Positions 1-10,545 of a stretch of 64,000 nucleotides of DNA are shown here, one piece after another. The notes under the pieces are model-generated. The model was not told the DNA's origin. It did no database searches and saw only the letters and a program-made list of their open reading frames with translations. The first letter of the stretch is position 1. Each line of letters opens with the position of its first letter. Made by a program: the position numbers and the translations under genes. The stretch spans positions 352,001 through 416,000 of the forward strand of contig CAWJDT010000004.1 in NCBI GenBank assembly GCA_963841735.1, written 5' to 3'. This stretch comes from an uncultured Actinomycetes bacterium. GTDB lineage: Bacteria > Actinomycetota > Thermoleophilia > RBG-16-64-13.

Positions 1-264
1 GCCCTGGTCAGACCGATGCCGGCCAGCAGCTCGGTCAAGAGCCGCCCGGCCCTGACCCACGAAAGGCTCGCCCTGTTTGTCCTCATGAAATCCAGGGGCC
101 TCACCCACAAACATCAGTTCCGTCTCCGGGCTACCCACCCCAAAGACCACTTGGGTCCGCCCCCCGCACAGCCCACAGTCTGAGCACTCGCGGAGCGATT
201 CGCCCAGAGCAGCCAGTGCCTCCGCGGCGGTTGCGGTCCCTGCTGATGTCACCTCGGGATTCAT
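1..264 (-). CDS. Uracil-DNA glycosylase family 4, N-terminal part (runs off the window; one frameshift near nt 50)
   Basis: Manual translation MNPEVTS...CSDCGLCGGRTQVVFGVGSPETELMFVGEAPGFHEDKQGEPFVG shows the CxxC Fe-S ligands and the GEAPG motif; absent from the ORF track. Confidence 0.9.
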   Translation of the reverse strand, partial: MNPEVTSAGTATAAEALAALGESLRECSDCGLCGGRTQVVFGVGSPETELMFVGEAPGFHEDKQGEPFVGQGRAALDRAAGRHRSDQG

Positions 265-530
265 GCCCACAGGGTAGCAGAAGACCCGCTCAGCGGGTTT
301 GCCGGCCGTTGCCGACGCACACGCGGGCTGTTATCCTACCGACGCGCCGCGTGGTGGATCTCTGACTCCTGCCAGCGCCCAGAACGCCTACCCGACGGAG
401 GCAAAGCCTGGGCCCCCGGATTGTCCCCCCATCGGCTCAGAGATAACTCCGGCCACGTCTGGTATCTGCGGGCAGAACTGGAACAGGCAGGTATTTCATC
501 GATACTGGAAGCACAGGCCTCCGCTTCGCG

Positions 531-1438
531 GTGATCGGCGCGGGACGCGTCGGCGCCAGTCATGGCGCTCGCCCTCCAAGCCCGGGGGGCCAGTCTCGTC
601 GGATTCACCGTCCACTCCCCGGCCGGCGGCGCTCGCGCCCTGGCCTGGCTCGGCACACCGGCTTCGTCGCAAATCGCCGATATCGTCGCCCTCTGCGCCT
701 GAGGTCTACTTCCTTACCGTTCCCGACCAGGCGCTGCCCGAAGTAGCTGAAGAACTCGGCAGCTGCTTGACGGCTCCTGCCGTGGTAGCCCACACCAGCG
801 GAGCCACCTCGGTGGATGTGCTGCGTCCCTGCGCCGAGGCCGGGGCCGCCACGCTGGTCTTCCACCCCCTGCAGACCTTCAGCGACCCCTTGAGCGGCTG
901 CAAGCGATTCGCCGGCGCCGCGGTGGCCATAACCCCTTCTTCGCCTGATGAGCGGCGTACCGCCGAAGAATTCGGCTTCGCCCTGGCCCGCGCTACTTGG
1001 CGCTGACCCCTTCCTGCTCCCCGACGACCGCGCACCCTCTACCACTCGGCGGCCACACTGGCCTGCAACTACCTGGTTACGCTCGAGCACCACGCCCAAC
1101 GCCTCTTCACACTGGCCGGCCTCCCCGCCGATGAGGCGCTCTCCCTGTTCCTCCCCCTGGTCAAGTCCACCCTCTGCAACGTGGAGACCCAGGGCACGGT
1201 CGCCGCCCTCACCGGACCACTCAGCCGCGGAGACGCGCCCACTATCGCCGGTCATCTCGCGGCCCTGGCGGCAGACGCCCCGGACGTGCTTCCTCTATAC
1301 AGGGCGCTGGGCATCGCGACGCTTGACCTGGTCAAGGCCAGGGGAGAACTAGAACCGGCAGCGCTCGACCGACTCAGGCTCCTGCTTGAACACCCCCCCG
1401 CCGCGACCCAGCCGCCTGAGGCAAATCCCGCCCTCTAA
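531..1438 (+). CDS. Rossmann-like/DUF2520 oxidoreductase (PanG-like ketopantoate reductase), frameshifted; start uncertain
   Basis: IGAGRVG, LTVPD, HTSGA, FHPLQTF and ALTGPLSRGD motifs spread over several frames; panC nearby. Confidence 0.8.
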
Positions 1439-1540
1439 TCCCGAAACGAGTCTCAAGGACTATGATTGCCCGCAGCGACTACGACCCACACCGACCGAGC
1501 CAAGCGGCCCGCCTGGGCCCGCGATAGAGAGGATCGCAGC

Positions 1541-2005
1541 ATGACGTCAGCATCTCGGACCACCGGCATCGCCACCGTGGTGACCGACCGTATACACTTC
1601 GACAGCAAGGGCAACGCCGACATGGTCAACCTCACCGCCGACGTGCGCCGTATCGTCACCGAGTCGGGACTCGCCGCCGGGGCCGTGACCGTCTTCTTCC
1701 CAGGAGCTACGGGAGCGGTCACCACGCTCGAGTTCGAGCCGGGAGTAGTGCAAGACTTTGCCAATCTCTTCGATCGGATAATCTCGCCGCAAGAACATTA
1801 CGAGCACAACGTCACTCACCCGGACGTAAACGGCCATGCCCACGTGCGGGCCGGCCTGCTGGGGCCCTCGCTGGTCTTCCCCGTCGAGAACGGCGAGCTG
1901 TGCCTGGGCAAGTGGCAGGAGATCTGTTTCGTCTGCTTCGACAACCGTCCCCGAGAACGCACCGTCATCGTCCAGATAACCGGCGTTGCCAAACAGGACT
2001 CCTAA
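1541..2005 (+). CDS. yjbQ: YjbQ/UPF0047 family protein
   Basis: TTLEFEPG, YEHN, NGHAHVRAGLLG, LGKWQ motifs. Confidence 0.85.
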   Translation: MTSASRTTGIATVVTDRIHFDSKGNADMVNLTADVRRIVTESGLAAGAVTVFFPGATGAVTTLEFEPGVVQDFANLFDRIISPQEHYEHNVTHPDVNGHAHVRAGLLGPSLVFPVENGELCLGKWQEICFVCFDNRPRERTVIVQITGVAKQDS

Positions 2006-2038
2006 GAAGGTCCGCTATCTCCCCAGGAGGACGTCCTC

Positions 2039-3327
2039 ATGAAACCGGTAATTCAGCTGGCCCTTGACTTCGTCGATCTTCCCCGCGCCATCCAGGTAGC
2101 CGAGGAAGCGGTCGCCGGCGGCGCCGACTGGCTGGAAGCCGGCACTCCCCTGATCAAGAGCGAGGGGCTCGAAGCCATCAGGGCACTCCGCGCCCACTGG
2201 CCCGATCGGGTCATCGTGGCCGACATGAAGACCATGGACGCCGGACGCGCCGAGGTGGAGTGCGCAGCCAAGGCGGGCGCTCGGGTGGTCGGCGTGCTGG
2301 GCGCGGCTTCCGACGCCACCATCAAGGAGTGCATCGAGGCGGCCCGCAACTACGGCGCCGAGATCGTGGTGGACATGATCCAGGTGGCCGACGTGGTCGC
2401 TCGCGCCAAGGAAGTCGAGGCGATGGGCGCCAACTACGTGGGCATCCACCTGGCCATCGACGAGCAGATGCAGGGCAAGACCCCGTGGGACACGCTGCGA
2501 GCGGTAGCCAAGGCCGTGTCCATACCCATCGCGGTGGCGGGCGGCATCAACTCCGAGACGGCCCCTCTGGCCTTGGAGGCTGGAGCCTCCATCGTCGTGG
2601 TGGGAGGCGCCATCACCAAGGCGGTCGACGCCACTGCCGCCACCCAGGCCGTGAAGCAGGCCATGGAGACCGGCGTCGCCGTCAAGTCGGAGTTCTTCGT
2701 GCGCGCCACCGGCCCCGACATCCGCGAGATGCTCACCCGGGTCTCCGCCGCCAACGTCTCCGACGCCCTGCATCGCAGCGGCGACATCCCCGGCATGCGT
2801 CCCCTGGCCCCCGGGACCAAGATGGTAGGTCCGGCCCTGACGGTGCGCACCGGGCCCGGGCGACTGGGCCAAGCCGGTGGAGGCCATCGACAAGGCTCAG
2901 CCCGGCGACGTGCTGGTGATCGACGTGGGCAACGTCCTCCCGGCCGTCTGGGGCGAGCTGGCCACCAACTCCGCCATCCAGAGAGGTCTGGCCGGCGTGG
3001 TCATCTACGGAGCCGCCCGCGACACCGGCGACATCCGCGCCCTCGGCTTCCCGCTGTTCTGCACGCTCATCACCCCCACCGCCGGTGAGGCCAAGGGCTT
3101 CGGCGAGATCGGACGTGCCCATCCGCATCGCCGGCGTCAACATCTCGCCCGGCGACTGGATCATCGGCGACGACGACGGCGTGTGCGTCATCCCCAAAGA
3201 GAAGGCCGTGGAGTACACCAACCGGGCCATGGACGTGCTCGAGAAGGAGAACCGTCTGCGGGCCGAGATCCAGGCCGGCAGCACGCTCAGCCAGGTGGGC
3301 TACCTGTCGCGCTGGGAGAAGAAGTAA
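2039..3327 (+). CDS. 3-hexulose-6-phosphate synthase fused to an RraA/MenG-like domain, frameshifted near 2860 and 3110
   Basis: IQLALD, LEAGTPLI, ADMKTMDAG, AVAGGIN, followed by NVSDAL, AVWGEL, GAARD, GDDDGV. Confidence 0.88.
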
Positions 3328-3374
3328 GGCGAGGCTAGACTCCGAGACCGCGCCGACGCTCGGCCGGGGCATTC

Positions 3375-3950
3375 ATGTCGCTCTTTCGCTGGACCGCTCC
3401 ACTGTTCAAACTGCGCTTCCCGGCGCTGGTCGGAGGATGACTTGCGCACCACTCGCCGAATGGCTTCGCCCCTACGTGGCCACCGGCGGCATCTTCGCCG
3501 ACCTGGGTGGCGGCACCGGAGATCTCGGGGCCGGCTTGGCGCGCGAGCTTGCGGCCCGGGTGATCATCGTCGACCTGTACCCCTCAGATGCTCCGCCGAG
3601 TCGACGCAGATCCCTTGGTCTCGGTGCGCCTGGCGTCGGCTGACGCGCTGCCCTTCGCGGACGCATGCTTCGACGCCGTGCTCTGCTGTGACTGCTTTCA
3701 TCACTTCCGCGACCAGGACGCTGCCGCCCGCGAGATAGCCCGGGTGGTCAGGCCGGGTGGCGGCGTGGTCATCATGGACATGGAAGGCGTGAAGAACCTG
3801 GTGCGACTCGAGCGTCTCCTGGGTGAACCGGGCGCGTTCATGACGGCGACCGCCATGGAGAGTTTCATGAGCGTCCGTGGCATCACGGGCACCGCGACCC
3901 GGCAGGGGACCGGCAGCGGCTACGTGTTCGTGGGGTCGGTGACCGACTGA
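3375..3950 (+). CDS. Class I SAM-dependent methyltransferase, frameshifted
   Basis: DLGGGTG, LPFADACFD, RVVRPGG motifs. Confidence 0.8.
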
Positions 3951-3973
3951 GGTAACGCCGGCCCTGCCCACTC

Positions 3974-4831
3974 TCAGACGGTGATCCTGACGTTGTCGAT
4001 CAACCGCACGTCTCCGAAGCGTACGGCCAGGGCTACGAGCAATCGCCCGGCCAATGTGGCCACCGGCGCCAGGTCGTCCGCCCCAACGATCTCGACGTAG
4101 TCCACTTGCCCCAGCGAAGCCTCGCCCAGGATCGCACGCACGGCGGCGTCCAGGCGCGCGGCGTCGCGTTCTCCCCTACCCACCAAGTCGCGGGCGGCGC
4201 GCAACGCCTTGTACAACACCGGCGCCTGTTCGCGCTGCGCGGCGCTCAGGCGCGTGTTGCGCGAACTCATGGCCAAGCCGTCGGCCTCGCGCACTATGGG
4301 GCAGGACACGATCTCGGTCCGCAGGTTCAGGTCGCTGGCCATGCGGGTGATCACCGCCAACTGCTGCGCGTCTTTCTCTCCAAAATAGGCCCGTTGGGGC
4401 TGGCAGATGTTGAGGAGCTTGGTGACCACCGTGCACACCCCCCGGAAGTGCCCAGGGCGCGAGCGCCCGCAAAGCCCCTCCGTGAGACCCTCCACGTCCA
4501 CCCAGGTGGAGTAGCCCTCAGCGTACATCTCCCTCACAGCCGGACTGAAGATGAGGTCGGCGCCGGCCCCCCCAGCCATTGCGCGGTCGCCCTCGAGATC
4601 GCGCGGGTAAGTCGCCAAGTCCTCGGTCGGCCCGAACTGCGTAGGGTTGACAAAGATCGAGACCACCACCACGTCGTTCTCGGCCCGAGCCTCCCGGATG
4701 AGGGAGAGGTGCCCCTCGTGTAGTGCACCCATGGTCGGCACCATCCCGACTGAGGCCCCACGCCCACGGGCCTCGTCCAGCGCGGCCCTGATACCGCCAA
4801 TGGTGTCGAAGCAGGGGATCCCGGCGCTCAA
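3974..4831 (-). CDS. panC: Pantoate-beta-alanine ligase
   Basis: VPTMGALHEGH, FVNPTQF, RPGHF, GEKDAQQ, MSSRN, RLIDN; TTG start overlaps the upstream stop. Confidence 0.97.
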   Translation of the reverse strand: MSAGIPCFDTIGGIRAALDEARGRGASVGMVPTMGALHEGHLSLIREARAENDVVVVSIFVNPTQFGPTEDLATYPRDLEGDRAMAGGAGADLIFSPAVREMYAEGYSTWVDVEGLTEGLCGRSRPGHFRGVCTVVTKLLNICQPQRAYFGEKDAQQLAVITRMASDLNLRTEIVSCPIVREADGLAMSSRNTRLSAAQREQAPVLYKALRAARDLVGRGERDAARLDAAVRAILGEASLGQVDYVEIVGADDLAPVATLAGRLLVALAVRFGDVRLIDNVRITV

Positions 4832-5796
4832 CGGCTCATGTCCCCGACGGCCGGCACTCCAGCCACGCTCGTCGCCAGCCGGACAGCCCGCCTGATACTC
4901 ACCGCCACGGCTTCGGCAGCCGCCGCCCCCACTTGGAACACGTTGGTGGCCCTTTCGCCGGTGGCCAAGACGAACACGCAGTCGCCGTCCACCGGGGTGT
5001 GCACAGGGTCGATCGCCCGCGCCATGCCGTCGTGGCTCATGCGCGCGACCATGCCGCACTGCAGTTTGTCCAGCCGGGCGTCGGTCATGACCACCGACAG
5101 CGTCGTGCTTTCGAGTGCGCTGAAATCAGGCGCGCAGGCCAGGCTCAGCAGCAGGTCCTTGCCCCCCGCGAAGCACCCATCTCTCCGCACACCGGCCAGT
5201 GTGGCCCCCTTCTCGTCTAGAACGTCGCCTAGAGCATTCACGACCGTCAAGGCAGTAACCGTGACCCGCCCTCCGTTAGCATCCTCCGGACCCACGCACA
5301 CTGTCGCAAGACCGATGCCCCCCTTCATCATGCCCGCCGCGCCGCACATCTTGCCTACGGTCGCCCCGAGACCGGCCCCCACCGACCCTTCCTCCACCCG
5401 CACTCCCGCCGAGGCAGCGGCCTGATACGCATCATCCGGCCGGGGGAACGCGGCAGCGCTACCCACACCCAAGTCGTAGATCACAGCGGCAGACACAAGG
5501 GGAATGCGCGCATAGGGAGTCCGATAGCCGTGGCCACCCTCGCGGAGAAAGGTCGACACACCCGCGGCCGCTCCTAGGCCCGGCGCGCTGCCCCCGGTCA
5601 ACATGACCGCGTGCAACTCACCCACCGACGCGTACGGAGAAAGAAGAGCCGTCTCCAGGGTCCCCGGCGCACCGCCGCGAATGTCCACCGACGCGGTGAC
5701 TCCCTGGGGCGCAAGCACCACGGTGCACCCGGTGAGTCCCTCCCAGTCAGAGTAGTGCCCGACCGTGAGGCCCACGATGGTGATGTCGGCCGTCAT
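4828..5796 (-). CDS. P1/S58 family peptidase (DmpA-like)
   Basis: TGCTV, RGGAPGT, LTGGS, VNALGD, PVHTPVDGD motifs. Confidence 0.9.
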   Translation of the reverse strand: MTADITIVGLTVGHYSDWEGLTGCTVVLAPQGVTASVDIRGGAPGTLETALLSPYASVGELHAVMLTGGSAPGLGAAAGVSTFLREGGHGYRTPYARIPLVSAAVIYDLGVGSAAAFPRPDDAYQAAASAGVRVEEGSVGAGLGATVGKMCGAAGMMKGGIGLATVCVGPEDANGGRVTVTALTVVNALGDVLDEKGATLAGVRRDGCFAGGKDLLLSLACAPDFSALESTTLSVVMTDARLDKLQCGMVARMSHDGMARAIDPVHTPVDGDCVFVLATGERATNVFQVGAAAAEAVAVSIRRAVRLATSVAGVPAVGDMSR

Positions 5797-5814
5797 AGCC
5801 CCCGGCTCCCGTGC

Positions 5815-7065
5815 CTACCGGGAGTTCTTGCGCATCTGATCAAGAAACTCAGAGTTGGATTTCGTCTCTTTGAGCTTGCCGATCAGCAATTCGATGGCAG
5901 CATTCGGATCGAGCGCGTGCAGCACGGCCCTCAGCTTCCACACCATCGCGGCTTCGGCCGGCTCCATCAGAAGCTCTTCTTTTCGAGTGCCCGAGTTCTC
6001 GATGTCGATAGCCGGGAATATGCGCTTGTTGGCCAGTTGCCTGGTGAGCCGCACCTCCCAGTTGCCCGTGCCCTTGAACTCCTCGAAGATGACCTCGTCC
6101 ATCCGCGAACCGGTCTCCACCAGAGCGGTGGCCAGGATGGTCAGCGATCCGCCTTCTTCGATGTTGCGGGCCGCGCCGAAGAACTTCTTGGGAGGATACA
6201 GGGCCGTCGAGTCCACGCCGCCCGACAGGATGCGGCCGCTCGCCGGAGCCTGCAGGTTGTAGGCCCGGGCCATACGAGTGATGGAGTCGAGGAGCACGAC
6301 CACGTCCTTGCCCACCTCGACCAGCCGCTTGACCCGCTCCAGCACCAGCTCGGTCACCTGCACGTGGTTCTCGCCGGGCATGTCGAAGGTCGAGCTGACC
6401 ACCTCGCCGTTCACCGTGCGCTCCATGTCGGTGACCTCTTCGGGCCGCTCGTCCACCAAGAGCACCATCAGGTGCACTTCTGGGTTGTTGGCGGCGATGG
6501 CGTGAGCGATGTCCTTGAGGATGGTGGTCTTGCCCGCCTTGGGCGGCGACACGATCAGACCCCTCTGCCCCTTGCCCAGCGGGCTCATAATGTCCATCAC
6601 CCGGGCGGAGAGGTTATCCGGGGTAGTCTCAAGACGCAGCCGCTCGTCGGGGAACAGGGGCGTCAGCGAATCGAAGGTGGGGCGATGACGGGCCTGCTCG
6701 GGATCCATGTCGTTGACGGTCTGGATCTTCAGGAGCGCGTGGTACTTCTCGTTGTCGCGCGGGGTACGGACCTGACCGTTGATCTCGTCGCCTCTGCGCA
6801 ACTTGAAGCGCCGGATCTGCGACAGCGATACATAGATGTCGGAGTCCGACTGGGTGTAGCCTTGAGTGCGCAGAAAACCGTAGCCGTCGGGCAGGATGTC
6901 CAGCAGTCCCGTCCGCAGATGAAGCCCCCGGTCCTGCGACTGCTCGTTCAGGATCTTCATGATGAGATCCTGCTTGGAGTACTTGCGGAAGTTCTTGATG
7001 CCCAACTCGCCCGCGACGAGGTGCAGGTCGGACAGGAGTTTGGGCTCCAGTTCAGCTATCGCCAT
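5815..7065 (-). CDS. rho: Transcription termination factor Rho
   Basis: DGYGFLR, GKGQRGLIVSPPKAGKT, DERPEEVTD, EEFKGTGN, SGTRKEELL. Confidence 0.99.
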   Translation of the reverse strand: MAIAELEPKLLSDLHLVAGELGIKNFRKYSKQDLIMKILNEQSQDRGLHLRTGLLDILPDGYGFLRTQGYTQSDSDIYVSLSQIRRFKLRRGDEINGQVRTPRDNEKYHALLKIQTVNDMDPEQARHRPTFDSLTPLFPDERLRLETTPDNLSARVMDIMSPLGKGQRGLIVSPPKAGKTTILKDIAHAIAANNPEVHLMVLLVDERPEEVTDMERTVNGEVVSSTFDMPGENHVQVTELVLERVKRLVEVGKDVVVLLDSITRMARAYNLQAPASGRILSGGVDSTALYPPKKFFGAARNIEEGGSLTILATALVETGSRMDEVIFEEFKGTGNWEVRLTRQLANKRIFPAIDIENSGTRKEELLMEPAEAAMVWKLRAVLHALDPNAAIELLIGKLKETKSNSEFLDQMRKNSR

Positions 7066-7153
7066 GATCTTCCTCTTCGAACAGTTGTCATGCCCCTACC
7101 TCTTCTTCCCTGATTGCCAGTGTCGGTTGAATAACGGCCCATCGGCATTCTGG

Positions 7154-8185
7154 TCATCTAACCCCCAGACCCACCTGTGGACCCTCGTTGTCAGACCTGT
7201 GTATCGTCATGATCTTGCGTACCGCGTGACAGGCCGAGCACGCAATGAGAGTCTCGGTGCGAGTACCATCGGGGTCAAAAGCGACCGCCTTGAGGAACCT
7301 GCCGGCGGTTACCGCAGTAGCCACCATGATAACCCCTTCTCCCACAAGATCGCGAGTGGTAAGTCTCGCCTCGATGTCTTCGATCCCGGCCGCCCTCGCC
7401 AATTCGACCTGGTGCCGCGAAACCGGCCAGAACCGCGCCTGTATCTCTCCACCCAAGCAACGCAGAGCAGCCGCCGTCGTGATGCCCTCAGTCGATCCCC
7501 CGATGCCTATGTACATGTCCACACCCGCGTCGCCCGTGGCCGCGGCCAAGCTGGCAGACACATCCCCGTCGAGTATGAGCCTCACCCGCGCCCCCGCCAG
7601 CCGGATCTGCTCCACCAATTCCTCGTGACGAGGCCGGTCGAGCACTACCACCACGATGTCCGCCGGCTTCCGGCCCAGAGCAGCCGCCAGCGCCTTGACG
7701 TTCTTCTCCACCGGCGCGTCCAGGTCCACCGCATAGGCCGCCTCGCGGGGAACGACGAGCTTCTGCATGTACATTTCCGGTACCGGCATCAGGCTACCCG
7801 CCGGCCCCACCGCCAGCGTTGTCATAGCCCCGTCGACACCGCGCGCTAGGGAGCTGGGAGCCTGCAATGGGTCGAGTGCCAGATCCCAGGGCTCCGGGTC
7901 GGCCGTCAAGCCTTCAGAACCCGAACGGCTCGAGAACCACGGCCCCTTAGGATCGCCCACTTCTTCGCCAACGCTCAGAGCGTGCGGACCCGAGCCCCCC
8001 CTACGCCCGGCGACCACGCGGCCACGAATGAGCAACCTGCTCAGCTCTGCTGCCATCGCCTCCCGCGCCGCCGTATCAGCGGCAAGTCCGTCGCCCCTGC
8101 CCAGCCACTGCGCGGCCGCGAGAGCGGCACCCTCAGTGACTACAGTGAATCGTTGGCAGATGCATCGCCCCTCACTCGTGGCCAC
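7154..8185 (-). CDS. glpX: Class II fructose-1,6-bisphosphatase (GlpX) homolog with altered catalytic motifs
   Basis: VTEGAALAAA, GRGD, YMQKL, LDRPRH, DGDV, GIGGSTEG present; GEGE and DPxEGT motifs changed. Confidence 0.85.
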   Translation of the reverse strand: MATSEGRCICQRFTVVTEGAALAAAQWLGRGDGLAADTAAREAMAAELSRLLIRGRVVAGRRGGSGPHALSVGEEVGDPKGPWFSSRSGSEGLTADPEPWDLALDPLQAPSSLARGVDGAMTTLAVGPAGSLMPVPEMYMQKLVVPREAAYAVDLDAPVEKNVKALAAALGRKPADIVVVVLDRPRHEELVEQIRLAGARVRLILDGDVSASLAAATGDAGVDMYIGIGGSTEGITTAAALRCLGGEIQARFWPVSRHQVELARAAGIEDIEARLTTRDLVGEGVIMVATAVTAGRFLKAVAFDPDGTRTETLIACSACHAVRKIMTIHRSDNEGPQVGLGVR

Positions 8186-9182
8186 CGGTCACCTCCTCGC
8201 CGCGCTCGATGACGTCGTACAGAGCGTCGACCACCAGGCCCACCGTGTCGTCTATGCTCACATTGTCTACAACCAGCGTGCCCTCTGCCGCGGCCCGCCC
8301 AAGGATGAAATCCTGCACCTTGCGTATCTCCTCGAACTGCTCCAGATATCTGGCTATCGCCCTGCGGCCCGACGTCTGCTGCTCCCTGACCAGGAAGTGG
8401 CTGCGATGAAGTTTTGCGTCTCGCACCGCGACTACCATGGACAACAACTGGATCTCCCCCATACGCTCCCTGGCCCCCGTAACCGCCAGCATCCCGGGGA
8501 CCAGGTGCACCCCTTCCACCACTATGCTGGTGCGCTCCTCTATGGCCCTGTCGAGCACGGCGAGCAAACCCACATTTACCATGTCCACCTGCTGCATGAA
8601 GCCCACCAGATCCGGGTCCAGGTCGGCCCCCAAAGGGATCCGCACTCCCTTCCCCGCCTCATACGACGAGTAGTGGATCGCCGGCAGCAGGCTCTCCGAG
8701 AAGAAGGCCCTCATGACCTGTCGTATGGCGTCGGTCGAGATGATACGCACGATACCCAACCGGTCGGCCACTTTGGCGGCGATGGTGCTCTTGCCCACCC
8801 CGGTCGCTCCCCCGATCAGTACCACCACCGGATTGTCCTCCCCGGCCATCCGGTTCCACAGCTGGTAGCGACGCAAATAGCGCTCGCCCTCCACTTCGGC
8901 GAGCACGACCTCCACCATCGAACGCAGATCGTCGAGATGCACCTCCCGGTCGGCCCTCTGGAGCAACTCGCGCTCGACGTCCATGGCGACAGCGAATGCC
9001 CGTTCTGGAGCCAATCCCGTCGCGGTGAGGGTGGTCGCCAGAAGCCCCTTCGAGAAGGGGACCTTGTGCCCTTCGCTGACCAGTTGCACGGGAAAGCCTT
9101 CCGACGGTGCGGTCTGCATGCGCCGCTCCCCTGCCTTCTCTGAGCCGCTCACCGATTCATGCCTGGCTTTCGAACCGCTCAC
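8172..9182 (-). CDS. pgk2: 2-phosphoglycerate kinase (ATP-cone plus P-loop)
   Basis: PFSKGLLA ATP-cone, GGATGVGKST, STDAIRQVMR, VEGVHLVP; adjacent to cpgS. Confidence 0.88.
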   Translation of the reverse strand: MSGSKARHESVSGSEKAGERRMQTAPSEGFPVQLVSEGHKVPFSKGLLATTLTATGLAPERAFAVAMDVERELLQRADREVHLDDLRSMVEVVLAEVEGERYLRRYQLWNRMAGEDNPVVVLIGGATGVGKSTIAAKVADRLGIVRIISTDAIRQVMRAFFSESLLPAIHYSSYEAGKGVRIPLGADLDPDLVGFMQQVDMVNVGLLAVLDRAIEERTSIVVEGVHLVPGMLAVTGARERMGEIQLLSMVVAVRDAKLHRSHFLVREQQTSGRRAIARYLEQFEEIRKVQDFILGRAAAEGTLVVDNVSIDDTVGLVVDALYDVIERGEEVTGGHE

Positions 9183-10545
9183 TCGCCATCGCCGCCAACT
9201 CCTTCGTCAACTCCGCCAGTCGACCCCGGCGAGCTGGATACACCTCGACGGGAACGTTGTCCACCGCAACAATCGGAAGGCCTCGCGCCTCCGCCTCTTC
9301 GGCCACTACGTCGATAGCCGCCGCCTTTATCTCGCTCAACACTATCTCCACATTGCTCATCCGCTCCCCTGCCAAATCGGCCTTCAGGGCCATCCGATCG
9401 GCGAGGTTGGTGGATACCAGTTCCACCTTGCAGCCCCACTCCTCTTCCAAGTGCCCCCGCAGCACGCCCTTCTGCGCCTCCGGCGCAGTGGTGAACAAGG
9501 CGACCCGCCGGCCCTCCACGGCTGAGACCGGGTGGGGCCTCAGGACCACCGGCACTATCTCCATGCCGGGCCTGACCTCACTCACCGCGTCCATAACGGC
9601 CTTGACCTTCTCCCTCGTGGCCGCAGGCTCCTCCGCCATCGTCAGCGCCACCGCGTCGCTGATAAGAAGCCTATACCTCCCCAGATAGCCCGTCAGGTGC
9701 TCAAGGGGCTGACCCGCCCCTGCCACCAGAACGCACACATCACTCGCGGCCGGAGGGATAGCGGCCCCGCTTCCCTCAAGCAAGATCAGACCAGGACGCA
9801 GGCTGTTCGCCAATTCGATCCCATCCGCCACATTGGAGACGAAGGGACTACCCGCCATGCCTCCCCCGCACCGCCGGCAACCGATCGTCTTCACCCGGCT
9901 GAGAACCGCATCCTCAAAGTGATCGGAAGCCGCATGGCGCCCCTGTCTGCTCCACTTGAGCAGATCGGCAATCGTCAGCAGACCGCTTCCTCCATCGATG
10001 ACCTCCGGGACGGCCGGACCGCCACGACCCATGGCCACAATCACAACGCCGGGACTCCCGCCCCGTCCGATCACGACTTCTTGAAGGACCCGCGCCATGT
10101 AACCGCTTATCGCCGTCTTGCCCACTCGCTTGCCGGTACCTATGACCGAAAACGATGGACTTGTGCAAAGGCGCTTACAACTCGCGGGGCTGAAGTGAAA
10201 ATCGGAACCTGAGTAGCCTACGTTTCGCGCGAGGGTCTCGCTGATAAGGCGGAAACGCTGCTCGTATCCTAACACCGGTTCATCACTCAGGTCAACGACC
10301 ACCTCCGGCCGGTACTCCTCGAGCAGACGAGCAAGGCCTCGCGTCCAGTCCTCGTCGAACACAACCGGTAGACCGTAGAGCGCCCCGGCTTCGCTCTCGA
10401 GTCGCTCGCTCCTTATCTTCTCGGTGCCTCCGAGAAATAGAGCAGCGCGAAAATCAAACCGCTCTGCGGCCTGGCGCAGAGCATCCGCCACCACCTCCGG
10501 GTAGTGCTCACCATCGATCAGAGCTACCGCCGCCGGCCTAATCAC
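9157..10545 (-). CDS. cpgS: Cyclic 2,3-diphosphoglycerate synthetase
   Basis: ALIDGEHYP, GGTEK, DLSDEPV, GTGKRVGKTA, AMGRGGP, HAASDHFED, GCRRCGGG, EIKAAAID. Confidence 0.95.
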   Translation of the reverse strand: MIRPAAVALIDGEHYPEVVADALRQAAERFDFRAALFLGGTEKIRSERLESEAGALYGLPVVFDEDWTRGLARLLEEYRPEVVVDLSDEPVLGYEQRFRLISETLARNVGYSGSDFHFSPASCKRLCTSPSFSVIGTGKRVGKTAISGYMARVLQEVVIGRGGSPGVVIVAMGRGGPAVPEVIDGGSGLLTIADLLKWSRQGRHAASDHFEDAVLSRVKTIGCRRCGGGMAGSPFVSNVADGIELANSLRPGLILLEGSGAAIPPAASDVCVLVAGAGQPLEHLTGYLGRYRLLISDAVALTMAEEPAATREKVKAVMDAVSEVRPGMEIVPVVLRPHPVSAVEGRRVALFTTAPEAQKGVLRGHLEEEWGCKVELVSTNLADRMALKADLAGERMSNVEIVLSEIKAAAIDVVAEEAEARGLPIVAVDNVPVEVYPARRGRLAELTKELAAMASERFESQA

